Counted from the first letter of the stretch, positions 1 through 10,848 are shown. The stretch is DNA of 64,000 bases from Desulfobacterales bacterium (GCA_963668645.2 CAXXWC010000019.1:512001-576000), one strand, 5' to 3'. The notes: generated by a model not told the origin, from the sequence alone. Translations and numbers: made by a program.

Positions 1-979
1 CACGAATCAGTCTTAGCACCAGGGACATCCAGGCATTGTCGACATTGGAAGCCGCCGTGATCCGGATCGCATCCCCTTTTCCATGGATCACGAACGGTTT
101 TGAATAATGCCCCCCGGTGAGCATTTGGGCGGGAAATGACTCGCTGAGCACACCGCGGCCGGACATGTAGCAGTAAAATCCCAGACCGGCATTGACCAGC
201 AGGCCCACAAAGGCCACGAGCATCGCAACCATGTAATGCTTGCGCACCCTGGCAGGATCGGGCCCATCGTGGGCATCGGCCCAGGCCTCGCCAAGCTTGG
301 GCTTCTTGGCCGCCCGCCGGACCGACTCGACGGGCAGCCGCCGGCCCATCCCGTATTCAATCTCACCGTCGATCCGCTCGGCCTCATAGATGGCACCACC
401 GCCGGACTTTTCGGCAAACTCGGCATATTGGACACGGTCTCCCACCGTGGCAATCCATGGCAGGGCCCCGTCCACATAGACCAGGTCATAGACACCGGTA
501 CCTTCGGCAACCCATTGCTGACCGTCGTGGGTCTGGATGACATCTCCCCGCTGTTTATCGAACACCTCGGTGGCCGGCATCACATGGCTGGTTTGGGTGA
601 TGGAAAACTGCCCGCGGTATTCGCCCAGCCACCGCGTGCCGCAGTAGGGGTTGTAGATCAGATAGGCCTTGGTCATCTCGTCGATGTCGCCGTCCTCGGT
701 GTAGGCCAGCCGGGCGATGACTTCGAAGCGAGCCGCCTGGTATCGGAAGCTGTCGCCTAAATCCAGGGAGAAATAGGGGTCCTGGGGCCCCTTTTTGCCC
801 ACCACCTTTTGCTGCTCACCGGATACATCCAGATGGCTGCCGCAGTAATCGCAAACCACCAGCTCGGCCCGCTCGTCCTTGACGGAAAGCCCTGCACCGC
901 AACTCTCGCAGCGGATGTTCTTCGGCGTGTAAGGGGGGCGTTTGCGCCCGCTTTTCAAGCCGTAGCGCTCTTTGTCCAT
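1..979 (-). CDS. DUF4178-like protein with N-terminal zinc ribbon and a TM segment (partial, runs off window start)
   Basis: Manually translated, absent from the ORF track because it has no stop in the window: MDKERYGLKSGRKRPPYTPKNIRCESCGAGLSVKDERAELVVCDYCGS... CxxC..CxxC ribbon, paralogous to the adjacent gene; ATG at 979, 5 nt after the upstream stop. Confidence 0.7.
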   Translation of the reverse strand, partial: MDKERYGLKSGRKRPPYTPKNIRCESCGAGLSVKDERAELVVCDYCGSHLDVSGEQQKVVGKKGPQDPYFSLDLGDSFRYQAARFEVIARLAYTEDGDIDEMTKAYLIYNPYCGTRWLGEYRGQFSITQTSHVMPATEVFDKQRGDVIQTHDGQQWVAEGTGVYDLVYVDGALPWIATVGDRVQYAEFAEKSGGGAIYEAERIDGEIEYGMGRRLPVESVRRAAKKPKLGEAWADAHDGPDPARVRKHYMVAMLVAFVGLLVNAGLGFYCYMSGRGVLSESFPAQMLTGGHYSKPFVIHGKGDAIRITAASNVDNAWMSLVLRLIR

Positions 980-984
980 GGACG

Positions 985-1617
985 TCACCAGTCCTGGGCC
1001 TCGTCGTCAAGCTTGAGATCGCTGAATGCCAGCCACCTGCCGATAAACAGCGCCGGTGGGTCGTCGTCAAATTCGATGCCGAAAATATACCGGCCGTCAG
1101 GGCTTGAGGCGTCTGCAAAGGCGTAGCGCTCCCCGGTCTTGACCTCGATGGGCAGGTCTCCTTCCACCCCGATGCATTCGGCCTGCCCTTTTTCCTGAAA
1201 AATGAATTTCTTTTTCATGAAGGTGACGGCCTTGCCCGGTACGATTGTCTCCATCGGCGGGATCTTCTTGGCGGCTGAACTGCGGGTCTGGATGGCCAGC
1301 TCATGATTGTCCTCGGTCAGCCAGCCGATGGCGCCGTCGTCGAACTCGAGAAACCATTCGTCCCAGAAACCTTTGCCGAAACTGTAGCGCACGCGCCCCA
1401 TGACCGTAAAACGCTTGCCCTCCAGACGGCCGCTGGCGCCGCGATACAGGCGGGTGAATCCTTCGGCAAGGATCGACTGCTTGCCGGCGTCCTTGATCTT
1501 GCCCCCATCCCAGTAAACGGCATTGCCGCAGTATTGGCAGACAATGGTGACCACACCCGGATTGGTGATCTCGTGTCCGGCGCCGCAAGAGGGGCAATGA
1601 ATGGTTTCAGGGGCCAC
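985..1617 (-). CDS. DUF4178 domain-containing protein
   Basis: CPSCG..CQYCG zinc ribbon, GRVRYSF..WDEWFLEFDDG..GWLTED, GVEGDLP motifs. Confidence 0.75.
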   Translation of the reverse strand: MAPETIHCPSCGAGHEITNPGVVTIVCQYCGNAVYWDGGKIKDAGKQSILAEGFTRLYRGASGRLEGKRFTVMGRVRYSFGKGFWDEWFLEFDDGAIGWLTEDNHELAIQTRSSAAKKIPPMETIVPGKAVTFMKKKFIFQEKGQAECIGVEGDLPIEVKTGERYAFADASSPDGRYIFGIEFDDDPPALFIGRWLAFSDLKLDDEAQDW

Positions 1618-1680
1618 GGGAAAACCCTATTTTGCTGTCATTCACAAAGGGTACGGGAGGAAAAGTTCGTATACGACATC

Positions 1681-1708
1681 ATTTTACGTGTTGACCATGT
1701 TCTGTCAA
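1681..1708 (-). promoter_or_regulatory. Putative sigma70 promoter for the DUF4178 genes
   Basis: Minus strand TTGACA (1708-1703), 16 nt, TAAAAT (1686-1681). Confidence 0.45.
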
Positions 1709-1722
1709 GCACTGCAAGAGGA

Positions 1723-2238
1723 TCAACGGCAATTCCCGGTGGAGAAAAAATAGCCGAGGCCGGCCGCGGGCCTTCGCGGATACCCGGTGCCGATGAGGGT
1801 CTCGTGGTGCGCGCCCGCATACTCGGGGATCCTGGTCATGCTCTGCGGGTAGGGCAATGTCTCCAGTATGCGGATGGTGGTGATGATGTGTCCGTTGATT
1901 TTGTAGCGGTCCTCGGTGGTCAGCGTTCCGCGGGAGATGCACAAGTTATGGATCTCACCGATATTGTACAAGTGCTCGGGAATCTCCATGGCAAAGCGGA
2001 ACTTCGCACTGCCGAGAGACTGCTGCGGCGGGCGTTGGACGAGGTGCTCCGGCCGGTCGGCCAGCAGCGGCTCCTCGCATGGCAGGTCCCGGGCCTTGGT
2101 GCGACAGCGGCTAAGCTCGATATGTCCAAGTCCGAGGCGGTCATCCAAATGTCGCCTTTGGTATCGAACAAAAAAGCTTGGCTGTATGGCGGGCATTCCG
2201 GTGGGATACCGGCCCCTTTCGCCAGGAGCCGGAACCAC
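1723..2238 (-). pseudogene. Remnant of an HD-GYP phosphodiesterase (internal fragment only)
   Basis: RHLDDRLGL..EPLLADRPEH..LYNIGEIHNLCISRGTLTTEDRYKINGHI..LETLPYP..AGAHHETLIGTGYPR, then loss of similarity; the N-terminal domains and the end of the HD-GYP domain are missing. Confidence 0.75.
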
Positions 2239-2253
2239 CGTTCAGACATGGCG

Positions 2254-3642
2254 CTATCTCAATAGGCGATAAAGCTCGCAGACATCGGGAAGGTCTTCAA
2301 AATTATTTATCATTTCAATGGCTTTTGCGATAGTTTGATCCGTCACCGGGCGACCTGATTTTTCAAGGCACATCTTAAATTTGGCTTCACATTGCGCCAT
2401 GCTCATGGGATCCTGCTTGCTGCCTTTGGTAAACGGCACGCTGGTCTGCAGTAAGGTTCCATCCTTTAAAAATAGCTGAATCTCGGTTCCCGTAATGCTT
2501 TTGTTGCCGGTTTCATCCCCTTGCTCATCGACATAGGGAAATACCTTGTTGGCGCCGAAATCGAGGATGTCGTCCCGGCCCAGGGCGGATTGCCGGAAGT
2601 GGTCCAGCTCCACCCTGCCGTCCAGAATCGCGGCCGCAACGACGTAGTTGAAACTGAACTGGAGATCCACGATGCTCGCCGGCCGGTTTTTCTGCTCCAG
2701 GGGCAGGCAGCAAAGGTTGTAGGCCGACTGGTTGACGCCGATGGTGACCTTTTCGATGCTGTCCGGTGCGACGGGAGTCTTGGCGAGCATTTCCAGGATA
2801 CCGCCGATGGCACCATGCAGATGGGTGCAGCACGGATACGGTTTGAGGGTGTGATAGGTGCCGTAGAAATGGCGGCCCAGATCTTTGGTCAGGATGCCCG
2901 GATCGTAACGGCCGCCTGCGAATACGTTGTAATAGCCGAATTTTCCTTCAAGGACAGCCTTGGCCCCGGTGATTCCCTGGCCGGCCAAAACAGCTCCGAG
3001 AACACCGGCGCCGGCGCTGAGCCCCTGCTGCAAGCGGATGGTCATCGCCCCGTCGAGATAGCACTGGTTGTTGCCGGCCAGCTGGCTGTAAGCGATTCCG
3101 AGTGCATTTTGCATCTTTTGCGGTGAAAACCCCATCAGCTTGCCGGCAACGATCGCAGCGATGATCGACCCGAACTGAAATGTGAAGGAGAACCCGCTGA
3201 TGTTCGATGGAACCGCGTTGGCCAGACCCATCCGGGCGGCAAACTCGGAAGCCACGGTCATGGCAGTCAATAACTCCTTTCCGCTGCGCCCTTTGAGAAA
3301 CTCGGCAACGGCAAAGGCAACCGGGACATTTGTGGCGTTGATGTGGATGATCGAATCGGCAAAGACATCATCGAAATCCAAGGCCCTTGCCATCATGCAG
3401 TTGGCGATGGCGGCATTGTGCACGGGAACCCTTGCGCCATAACCGAATATGGACGCATCCTTGCGCCCGCCCCAGGCGGCTATTTCATCGACGACCGTTT
3501 GGCACCCGGGAGCATCGAAACCGGCGATCATGACGCCGAGGGTATCAAGAAGATTTTTTTTCTTTTCGTCGATGACCTCTTGTGGAATATCATTGAACCG
3601 GCAATCGATCATATATTCTACGAGCTGGCTTGTTACGTCCAC
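2254..3642 (-). CDS. MmgE/PrpD family protein
   Basis: LLDTLGVMIAG, ARALDFDD..H, LEGKFGYY, LKPYPCC, QFSFNYVVAAAILDG motifs. Confidence 0.9.
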   Translation of the reverse strand: MDVTSQLVEYMIDCRFNDIPQEVIDEKKKNLLDTLGVMIAGFDAPGCQTVVDEIAAWGGRKDASIFGYGARVPVHNAAIANCMMARALDFDDVFADSIIHINATNVPVAFAVAEFLKGRSGKELLTAMTVASEFAARMGLANAVPSNISGFSFTFQFGSIIAAIVAGKLMGFSPQKMQNALGIAYSQLAGNNQCYLDGAMTIRLQQGLSAGAGVLGAVLAGQGITGAKAVLEGKFGYYNVFAGGRYDPGILTKDLGRHFYGTYHTLKPYPCCTHLHGAIGGILEMLAKTPVAPDSIEKVTIGVNQSAYNLCCLPLEQKNRPASIVDLQFSFNYVVAAAILDGRVELDHFRQSALGRDDILDFGANKVFPYVDEQGDETGNKSITGTEIQLFLKDGTLLQTSVPFTKGSKQDPMSMAQCEAKFKMCLEKSGRPVTDQTIAKAIEMINNFEDLPDVCELYRLLR

Positions 3643-3701
3643 GTCCTTTTCCTTTTCACTTTATCTTCTGCCCTCGCGGCCCGGTGACCTGCGACGGCAG
3701 G

Positions 3702-4892
3702 TTACCGGGACAAGACTTCACTGATCAGGGTTTTGAATTCTGCGTCGGTGACAATCCCCTTTTTTCTCACCCCCAGTGCTTTGGTTTTCTGGACCAGTGC
3801 TTCCACAGGGAAATTATCGATAGGGATATTCATCTCTTTCAACTTGTATTCGATGGATTTTTTCCCGCTCTTTTTACTCAGCAGGATTTCCCGTTCGCGG
3901 CCCACAACCTCGGGAGAATAGCCCTCGACTGCAGGCGGGTGGGATATGAGCTGGGCCACCGTGACCCCGCTTTCCTTCTTGAACACATTTTCACCAACCA
4001 CGGGCTTCAGCGGTGAAACGGCAATCTTGGAGATATCCTCCACCAGCTGCGAAACCTGGAGCAGCTTGGTAAAATCGATGTTCAAATCGATCCCGTAAAG
4101 TTTCGATGCCAAGGCCAACTCGGCCAGATCGGCATTCCCCGTCTTTTCACCGAGCCCGTTGATCGTCACGTGGGCACAATCGGCCCCGGCCTTAATGGAA
4201 AAGAGACTGCAGGCGACAGCCATGCCGAAATCGTTGTGGCAATGGGTCATGACCGGTTTGCCGGTCCAGTCCTTCACCCGGCCGGTCAGGTAATACATGG
4301 TTTCGGGGGTGGCCACCCCCAGGGTGTCGACCACCACGAATTCATCGGCCAGGGCTTCCTCGGAGATTTTGCGCAGCATGTTTTCGAGAAAGGCCAGGTC
4401 GGCCCGGGTGGAATCAACGGCAAAAAAGGCGGTATAGAGTCCCCGGCTTTTGGCATGCTGAACGCAGTCCAGGGCCTTTTTCAGGACCTTGTCGCGGGTG
4501 GTCTGGTAGGCATGCATCTTGATGTCGCTTGTTGCAATTTCGCAGATTGCATATTTTAGCCCGATGTCGGCGCACGCGTCGATGTCGGCAGGCACGCAGC
4601 GGCAAAAGCCCCAGATTTCCGCCTGCAGGCCGGCGTTGGCGATCAGTTCCACCGCCTCCCGGTCTTCCTTCGAGACCACCGGCATGCCGGCCTCGATTCT
4701 ATCGACACCCAGGGCATCGAGTGCCCGGGCGATTTTCAGCTTGTCTTGCTTGTCAAAGGCGACACCGATCGTTTGCTCGCCGTCACGCAAGGTCGTGTCG
4801 TAAATCTTCAGGTTTTTGGGCAGTGCGTTTTCACCGATAATAGCGGGTTCGCTGTTCAGGTCGCTGGTCCACCAAAGCTTTTCCTGTTTCAA
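3702..4892 (-). CDS. Homocitrate/isopropylmalate synthase family (DRE-TIM) enzyme without LeuA regulatory domain
   Basis: DTTLRDGEQ, HCHNDFG, GLGEKTGNA motifs; 396 aa. Confidence 0.85.
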   Translation of the reverse strand: MKQEKLWWTSDLNSEPAIIGENALPKNLKIYDTTLRDGEQTIGVAFDKQDKLKIARALDALGVDRIEAGMPVVSKEDREAVELIANAGLQAEIWGFCRCVPADIDACADIGLKYAICEIATSDIKMHAYQTTRDKVLKKALDCVQHAKSRGLYTAFFAVDSTRADLAFLENMLRKISEEALADEFVVVDTLGVATPETMYYLTGRVKDWTGKPVMTHCHNDFGMAVACSLFSIKAGADCAHVTINGLGEKTGNADLAELALASKLYGIDLNIDFTKLLQVSQLVEDISKIAVSPLKPVVGENVFKKESGVTVAQLISHPPAVEGYSPEVVGREREILLSKKSGKKSIEYKLKEMNIPIDNFPVEALVQKTKALGVRKKGIVTDAEFKTLISEVLSR

Positions 4893-5938
4893 GACATGCT
4901 CCTTTCAGCCAAATGTTGCGAGACACCCAAAGCGGCCGCGGTGATCTGGGCGATATCGAGAATCCGGGCCTTGGCACCGAGTTTTTTCAAACCCTTTTTA
5001 AGCTGCATGATGCAAAACGGACAGCTCGTCACGATTGCCGATGCACCGGTATCCAGCAGCTGGCCGACTCTGTCGGCGGCCAGCTGCTCGCTCAGTTCAG
5101 GGGATATGACCTCGAGGCCGCCCCCCCCGCCACAGCAGGTTGACCATTTTCCGCTATGGCCCGGTTCGGCTTCGACAAACTCGACCCCTTCGATATTGCG
5201 AAGAATGCGTCTAGGCTCTTCGATGACCTTCAGATAGCGGGACATCTGGCAAGGATCGTGGTAAGTCAAGCGCACCTTTTGCGGGAGTTTCATTTTAACG
5301 TCCACTGCTGCCAGCCGCTCGCAAACGACCTGGGTAAAGTGCACGACTTCACGGTCATGGCCACCGCTGAAATCGCAAAGCGATCTTTTCAATGAATAGG
5401 TGCATGCCGGTATCATGCCGATGATCTTTCGGGCATGGCAAGATTCCAGGGCACTGCAAATCGATCTGGCGTTTTTCTGGTAGTCATGGACAAATCCAGC
5501 GTAATAAAGTGGGGATCCGCAGCAGGGTTCATCCTTTCCCAGATAATTGATCTTGACGCCCAGTTTCTGGAGTACCTGTACGCCGTTTATCAGGATTTCG
5601 CTGTACGGATCATCCTTGCCGTAAGCGAGTACCTTTGCGGTTATGCCTGACACATCGATATGTGACTTTTTGAAAAACTTGGCGATTCCCAGGGTGGCAT
5701 CAATACCGAGCCCGATTTTCTGCATGCCTTTGGCTGCATTCATGAGTTCGGTGGTATATTTCATCGTCTGGTAGCCGCATCCGGCAAAAAACAGGGCGTC
5801 GGCCTCCTGGTCGAAAGACAATCCCTCAGCCCACTTCGACCGGTCATCTGAAATTCCGAGCGGATTGTTGAATTCAAAAACCGAGTCCTTCATATAGCGG
5901 TGGGCGAAAGGGATAATACTATTTTGATTTTTTTCCAT
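4889..5938 (-). CDS. CCG-domain Fe-S oxidoreductase subunit (GlcF/HdrD-like)
   Basis: FFAGC, EPCCG, YHDPC, CCGGGGG, TSCPFC motifs; start moved to the ATG of MEKNQNS. Confidence 0.85.
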   Translation of the reverse strand: MEKNQNSIIPFAHRYMKDSVFEFNNPLGISDDRSKWAEGLSFDQEADALFFAGCGYQTMKYTTELMNAAKGMQKIGLGIDATLGIAKFFKKSHIDVSGITAKVLAYGKDDPYSEILINGVQVLQKLGVKINYLGKDEPCCGSPLYYAGFVHDYQKNARSICSALESCHARKIIGMIPACTYSLKRSLCDFSGGHDREVVHFTQVVCERLAAVDVKMKLPQKVRLTYHDPCQMSRYLKVIEEPRRILRNIEGVEFVEAEPGHSGKWSTCCGGGGGLEVISPELSEQLAADRVGQLLDTGASAIVTSCPFCIMQLKKGLKKLGAKARILDIAQITAAALGVSQHLAERSMS

Positions 5939-6302
5939 CAGCCGGATCTCCAACGTTGATCGTCTCAACCAAAATCTGCCGCGCCATGACGATAAGATCT
6001 GTCGTATCGACACCCATTGCCATTTCCTTGCAGAGCGTCTGGCATTTTCTGCACGTGGTGCAGGTAAACAGCAGCTTGCTCAGTTCTTCCCGGCTTCCGA
6101 TGTCATATTTGAAATGATAATAGATGGCGAGAATCCTTCCTATGGGGCCTTCGGTGTACCATCGGGTATACAGGGGGCAGACACTCAGACACATCTTGCA
6201 TTTCTGGCAAACTTGCAGCAGGTCGGTCGCTTCGGATAACAGCGCTGCCAGATCGATCCTTCTTTGATCGAGTTCTTTCTTATCATCGCCTTCAATCATC
6301 AT
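5919..6302 (-). CDS. 4Fe-4S dicluster protein (N-terminal module of a GlcF-like complex)
   Basis: CQKCKMCLSVCP and CTTCRKCQTLC. Confidence 0.85.
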   Translation of the reverse strand: MMIEGDDKKELDQRRIDLAALLSEATDLLQVCQKCKMCLSVCPLYTRWYTEGPIGRILAIYYHFKYDIGSREELSKLLFTCTTCRKCQTLCKEMAMGVDTTDLIVMARQILVETINVGDPADGKKSK

Positions 6303-7740
6303 ATCCTTCGCCTTCGAGGTTTCCCGGGTTTAAAATATTGTTCGGGTCGATCGTGTTTTTCAGTAAAGACAGGAGGCGGTATGCGCGCTCGCCGTACTTT
6401 TCACGCCAGGCTGAAATTCTCGAAGCTGTCTGCCCGACCTCTCCACCGATCCCTTCCCATTCGACGGTAAACTCCTTTTCGAGCCTCCGCGCCTCCTTGA
6501 TCGATTGGATCCGCTTTTCAGCCGGCGCATCCTCAGGAATCGTCCAGGATACGTGGGGTCCGCTGGCGCCGACGTGCCCATAAAACATGACCTCGTTTTC
6601 AGCCAGTGCGGGGTAGCCCGGCGGGCCGGATTGAATATAGGAAAAAAATTCGGCCAGCCGCGAAAGCGGCACACCGACTTCGAATCCGCCCGCCCGCAGC
6701 TTTCGCGGTCTTCCTTTTTGCTTTTGCAGCCGATTGGTAATGAAATCGCGCGCATCCCACAAAGCCGCCTGTTCTTCTTCGGATTCCACCACATAGGCCT
6801 TCAAGGCCTTTTCCTCGAGAAACAGTTTTGCGATGGCATCCGCCTGTCTGTCGGCCTCCTCCTGGGAGTATGCGATGGTGGTTGCCAGGGCCAAATCTCC
6901 GGGAGGTTCCCCCAGGCCTCTTTCCTTGAAGGCCGCGGCAGCGGTGTTTTGACCGAGCAGCTCGCCATACAGCGGCGCCGGCAGCCGGTCGCGATAAAGC
7001 CTCATGAAGGCGCGCGCAATCTCTTCGGGGGTCGAAAAAAATCCGGCCACGTAGGCCTTTTTCGGCATGGGGACCAGCCGCATCCTGATTTTGGTGATGA
7101 CCCCGAACAGGCCTTCACTGCCGGCGAAGATGCGGGTCAAATCGACTCCTGCCGGCCTTCGGATGCTCTTTGTTCCGGTCTCGATGATATCGCCGTTGGG
7201 CAAAACGACCTCAAGTCCCATGACGTAATCGATGATTTTGCCGATACAGGCATCGACCATGTGGCCGATGGTGTTGACTGCAACGGCGCCACCGATCGTG
7301 CTGCCGTGTTTGCTGCCGATATTCATCGGCAAAAGATAGCCTTTTTTGGCCAGGACGGTTTCGAGGTGATACTGGTTCACTCCGGTTCCGGCTTCGAGAT
7401 AGCAGTCATCTTCATTCAATTCCAAATGATCGAGCCCACCGGTATGTAAAACAATGCTGCCCGGACGTTTAGGGTGAGCTGAGCCTTTGAAAGCGGTGCC
7501 GCTGCCGTGCACATGCACCGGAATTTTTTTCTGGTCGGCATACCGGATGATCCTGGATACCGCCTGGCTGCTTTCCGGCCTTACCACTGCAACCGGGATT
7601 TTAGCGACGGCGATGTCCGGTGAGATGGCGTCTTGACTGTATGCGACTCTATCGAAGACGTTATCCGAAACCATCTCCTTTCCAATCAGTTTTGCAAGAT
7701 CACGAACAATTTCCGAATCTACGGCCATCATATCCTCCAC
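6292..7740 (-). CDS. FAD-linked oxidase, GlcD/D-2-hydroxyacid dehydrogenase family
   Basis: P.AVVRP, STIGGAVA, GSEGLFGVITK, IDPNNILNPG. Confidence 0.9.
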   Translation of the reverse strand: MEDMMAVDSEIVRDLAKLIGKEMVSDNVFDRVAYSQDAISPDIAVAKIPVAVVRPESSQAVSRIIRYADQKKIPVHVHGSGTAFKGSAHPKRPGSIVLHTGGLDHLELNEDDCYLEAGTGVNQYHLETVLAKKGYLLPMNIGSKHGSTIGGAVAVNTIGHMVDACIGKIIDYVMGLEVVLPNGDIIETGTKSIRRPAGVDLTRIFAGSEGLFGVITKIRMRLVPMPKKAYVAGFFSTPEEIARAFMRLYRDRLPAPLYGELLGQNTAAAAFKERGLGEPPGDLALATTIAYSQEEADRQADAIAKLFLEEKALKAYVVESEEEQAALWDARDFITNRLQKQKGRPRKLRAGGFEVGVPLSRLAEFFSYIQSGPPGYPALAENEVMFYGHVGASGPHVSWTIPEDAPAEKRIQSIKEARRLEKEFTVEWEGIGGEVGQTASRISAWREKYGERAYRLLSLLKNTIDPNNILNPGNLEGEGYDD

Positions 7741-7785
7741 TACCTAGGGCCATTGGATTATCGAAACCACGAAAAAACGACTGTT

Positions 7786-9648
7786 TCATGCGGGGCTTAA
7801 TGACCTGTTGCGAAACGTTTTCCTTTCAAAAATGAGCAGGGATACAAAGAGGACAACGCCGGTACCGGCAACGGCATAGCTCGGCCAGAAAGTGAGGATG
7901 GAAGCCAAACCAAAAGCGAACCGTTTGTGAAAACTTAGATTTGTCAGAAAATAGCCTTGGGCGGCAATGGCCAATGCAAACACACCGATAGCGGCGATAG
8001 CGGCGGCATAGAGTATCTTGCCGAGAGAACCTTGCATGAGCAGACTTGGGTTGTAAACAAACATGAAAGGCAGGGTGAAAAGAACGATGCCGAATCGTAC
8101 GGACTCGAATCCGGTTTTCATCGGCGGGGCTTCTGCAATCGAAGCGGCTGTAAAGGCCGTTGTACAGATCGGAGGCGTCAAAAGGGACAGGGTGCAATAG
8201 TAAAAAATAAAAAGATGCGCTGCAATCGGCTGCACGCCCATACTGATCAATACAGGTGCCTCAAGGGCGGCAAGCACGATATAAGATACGATCGGGGGCA
8301 ACCCCATGCCCAGAATGATCGAAATGACCATGATGCACACAAGGGTGAGAAACAGACTGTCGCCGGCAACATAGTTTATAATATCCGAAAGCTTCATGCC
8401 CACGCCGGTCAATGTCAGTGTGCCGAGTATGATTCCTGCGGTAGCACACGGAACGCTGATCATGATCATGCGAAGACCACTTTCCTTCAAGGCCGTAAAA
8501 ACAGCCTTCAATGGCAGCCTTTTGGAAGCGGCCGCAATGATCCAGAGCAAAAGGAGGGAATAAGCGCATGCATACATTGCGGTGTATTTGAGTACGAGAA
8601 GGACGATGAGCAACAAGATCGGGATGACAAAGGCGAACCCGCGCTTGAGCACCGGATAGAATTTCGGCAGGTTGTCGATCGCTTCGCCTTTCATTCCGAT
8701 GGATCCGGCGTAATAGTCCACCATGAAATAGAGACCGAAATAATGATAAAAGGCCGGCAATGTCGCGGCGATACAGATGTCAAAGTAAGACACGCCAAGT
8801 GCCTGGGCCATGATAAAGGCCGCCGCTCCCATGATGGGAGGGGTCTTATAACCGCCGGAAGATGCCGTCGCTTCGATGGCGCCGGCAACGTAAGGTGCAA
8901 CCCCGGACTTTTTCATCATCGGGATGGTAATGGCGCCGGTGGTGGCAACGTTTGCCGCAGGGCTGCCCGAAAGCATGCCCATCAAGCCGCTCGAAAAAAT
9001 CGCCACCTTCGCGGCGGCCCCCCTCCGGGTTCCCATTATCGACAGGGATAAATCCAGAAAAACACTTGAAGCGCCGGCAGCATCGATGAATGATCCAAAG
9101 AGTATAAATACGATAACCACGGTGGCGCATACGCCGAGGGGTATCCCGTAGATCCCCTCTGTTCCGACATATATCTGAACCAGGATCCTCTCGATATCAT
9201 AGCCGCGATGCGATAAAAATCCGGGGATGCTGTCTCCAAAGTAGCAATAGAGCAAGAAAATAAACGATATGATAACAAGGGAGATGCCGACGGTGCGGCG
9301 TGTTATCTCCAGCAGGATGATGATTGTAAACAGGCCTAAAATAATACCGGTAGTGGTCATGAAAGGCTCTATGTACAGCGCCTCCCAGTTGAAAACCATG
9401 TATAGGTTACCGGATACGAACAAAAGCACCAGCATTGTGTTGAGTATATTGGTGGCTAAAGATGATTCCTTAGCTTTAAAGAGTGGATACTTGTAAAGCG
9501 CGATAATGCTGATAAGAGATAAGTGGAGGGTCCTTTGAATCATTGTCTCAAAGGTGCCGAAAAAGGATGTGTAGATGGCGATGACAGAGAGGGAAAGTGC
9601 ACTCAAAGTTATAAGCAAATTGGTATATTTTGAAAAATTTTTGACCAT
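7786..9648 (-). CDS. TRAP transporter fused permease (TAXI-associated DctQM)
   Basis: Highly hydrophobic; SGSPAANV, TPPIMGAAAFIMA, GMGLPP, TPPIC. Confidence 0.92.
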   Translation of the reverse strand: MVKNFSKYTNLLITLSALSLSVIAIYTSFFGTFETMIQRTLHLSLISIIALYKYPLFKAKESSLATNILNTMLVLLFVSGNLYMVFNWEALYIEPFMTTTGIILGLFTIIILLEITRRTVGISLVIISFIFLLYCYFGDSIPGFLSHRGYDIERILVQIYVGTEGIYGIPLGVCATVVIVFILFGSFIDAAGASSVFLDLSLSIMGTRRGAAAKVAIFSSGLMGMLSGSPAANVATTGAITIPMMKKSGVAPYVAGAIEATASSGGYKTPPIMGAAAFIMAQALGVSYFDICIAATLPAFYHYFGLYFMVDYYAGSIGMKGEAIDNLPKFYPVLKRGFAFVIPILLLIVLLVLKYTAMYACAYSLLLLWIIAAASKRLPLKAVFTALKESGLRMIMISVPCATAGIILGTLTLTGVGMKLSDIINYVAGDSLFLTLVCIMVISIILGMGLPPIVSYIVLAALEAPVLISMGVQPIAAHLFIFYYCTLSLLTPPICTTAFTAASIAEAPPMKTGFESVRFGIVLFTLPFMFVYNPSLLMQGSLGKILYAAAIAAIGVFALAIAAQGYFLTNLSFHKRFAFGLASILTFWPSYAVAGTGVVLFVSLLIFERKTFRNRSLSPA

Positions 9649-9882
9649 CTGAATTCTCCCTGTCTCATCATGATTTATTTGTGAAAAACAGTTCTTATTG
9701 GAAAAATCGGATCATCTATTCAGACAGGCACGTTTCCAGCCCCCCCCGGTGCCGCAAACCCTTTGCCGGCATGGACCGCTTGGAGGGCGACAACTCCATG
9801 GATGCAACTTGGAACATGGCCCAAGCACTTTTACCCTCGCGGTCCGATGCCAGCGGGTGAATCATTTCATCGCCGTCACAGG

Positions 9883-10848
9883 CTATTTCGATGCCTGAAC
9901 GATCCCCTTTTCCTTGAAATACTTTGCGGCTCCCGGATGGACCGGTATGGTCATACCCTGGTAGACCTTTTCAAGGGTCGTTGCCTTAAAGGCACTATTT
10001 ACACTTGAAATATAGTCCAGGTTCTCAAATACAGCCCTGGTTGCCTGGTACATAAAGTCTTCTGACAAGTGCGACGAGCAAAACAAAGAGTAGTTCATCA
10101 TAACCAGCTCAACGGGTTCATCGATGCCTTTGTACGTACCCTTCGGCAGATAACCGAAGTAAAAGGCGGGCTCGAGCTCTGTTATTTTGGCTTTTGCGCT
10201 TTCCTCAATGGAAATGAAATTGAGATTGACCGATTCGGCCATCTGCACGAACCCCGGCGCGCCGACGCCCATATAGAAGCATACCGCATCTATATGCCCA
10301 TCGATCATCTTTTGAACCGCTTCGGGAAACCGGATCTTGACGCTGGTGTAATCTTTATCCGGGTAAAGTCCGTGGGCGGGAAAAATGATGTTGTCGCAAT
10401 CCAACTGATTGTTGGATCCGGGTGTGCTGACGGCGATTTTTTTGCCCTTGAGATCCGCCATCGTTTTCGCTCCGCTGGCCTTGCGCGCGGCAATCGTGAT
10501 CACCGCCGGGTAGCTTTGAAACCAGCCGAGGATGTCTTGCTTGCTTTTGAACATCTGACCGTTTCCATGATAGGCCTCATAAAGGAAATCAGGAATCGCC
10601 CAGCCGAGTTCCATTTCTCGCCGGTTCGTCCGAAGAATACTCTCACGGGCTGCGCCAGGTGTCGTTACAGCAGTGACATGATAGCCGGGAACGTTTTCGT
10701 TGATCACCTTCGCCATCGCCACCGAGCATGGATACCAGATACCACTGGCGCTTCCGGAACCGAATGTGTACTCCTTTACATCGCCTGAAAAAGCCTGGCC
10801 CGGGATGAAAACACACGCAAGAAAAAATAAAATGCTATGGAACCACAA
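9883..10848 (-). CDS. TAXI family TRAP solute-binding protein (start codon uncertain)
   Basis: Signal-like N-terminus, GSASGIWY, DLKGKKIAV..PGS, IPVHPGAAKYFKEKG. Confidence 0.9.
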   Translation of the reverse strand: MWFHSILFFLACVFIPGQAFSGDVKEYTFGSGSASGIWYPCSVAMAKVINENVPGYHVTAVTTPGAARESILRTNRREMELGWAIPDFLYEAYHGNGQMFKSKQDILGWFQSYPAVITIAARKASGAKTMADLKGKKIAVSTPGSNNQLDCDNIIFPAHGLYPDKDYTSVKIRFPEAVQKMIDGHIDAVCFYMGVGAPGFVQMAESVNLNFISIEESAKAKITELEPAFYFGYLPKGTYKGIDEPVELVMMNYSLFCSSHLSEDFMYQATRAVFENLDYISSVNSAFKATTLEKVYQGMTIPVHPGAAKYFKEKGIVQASK

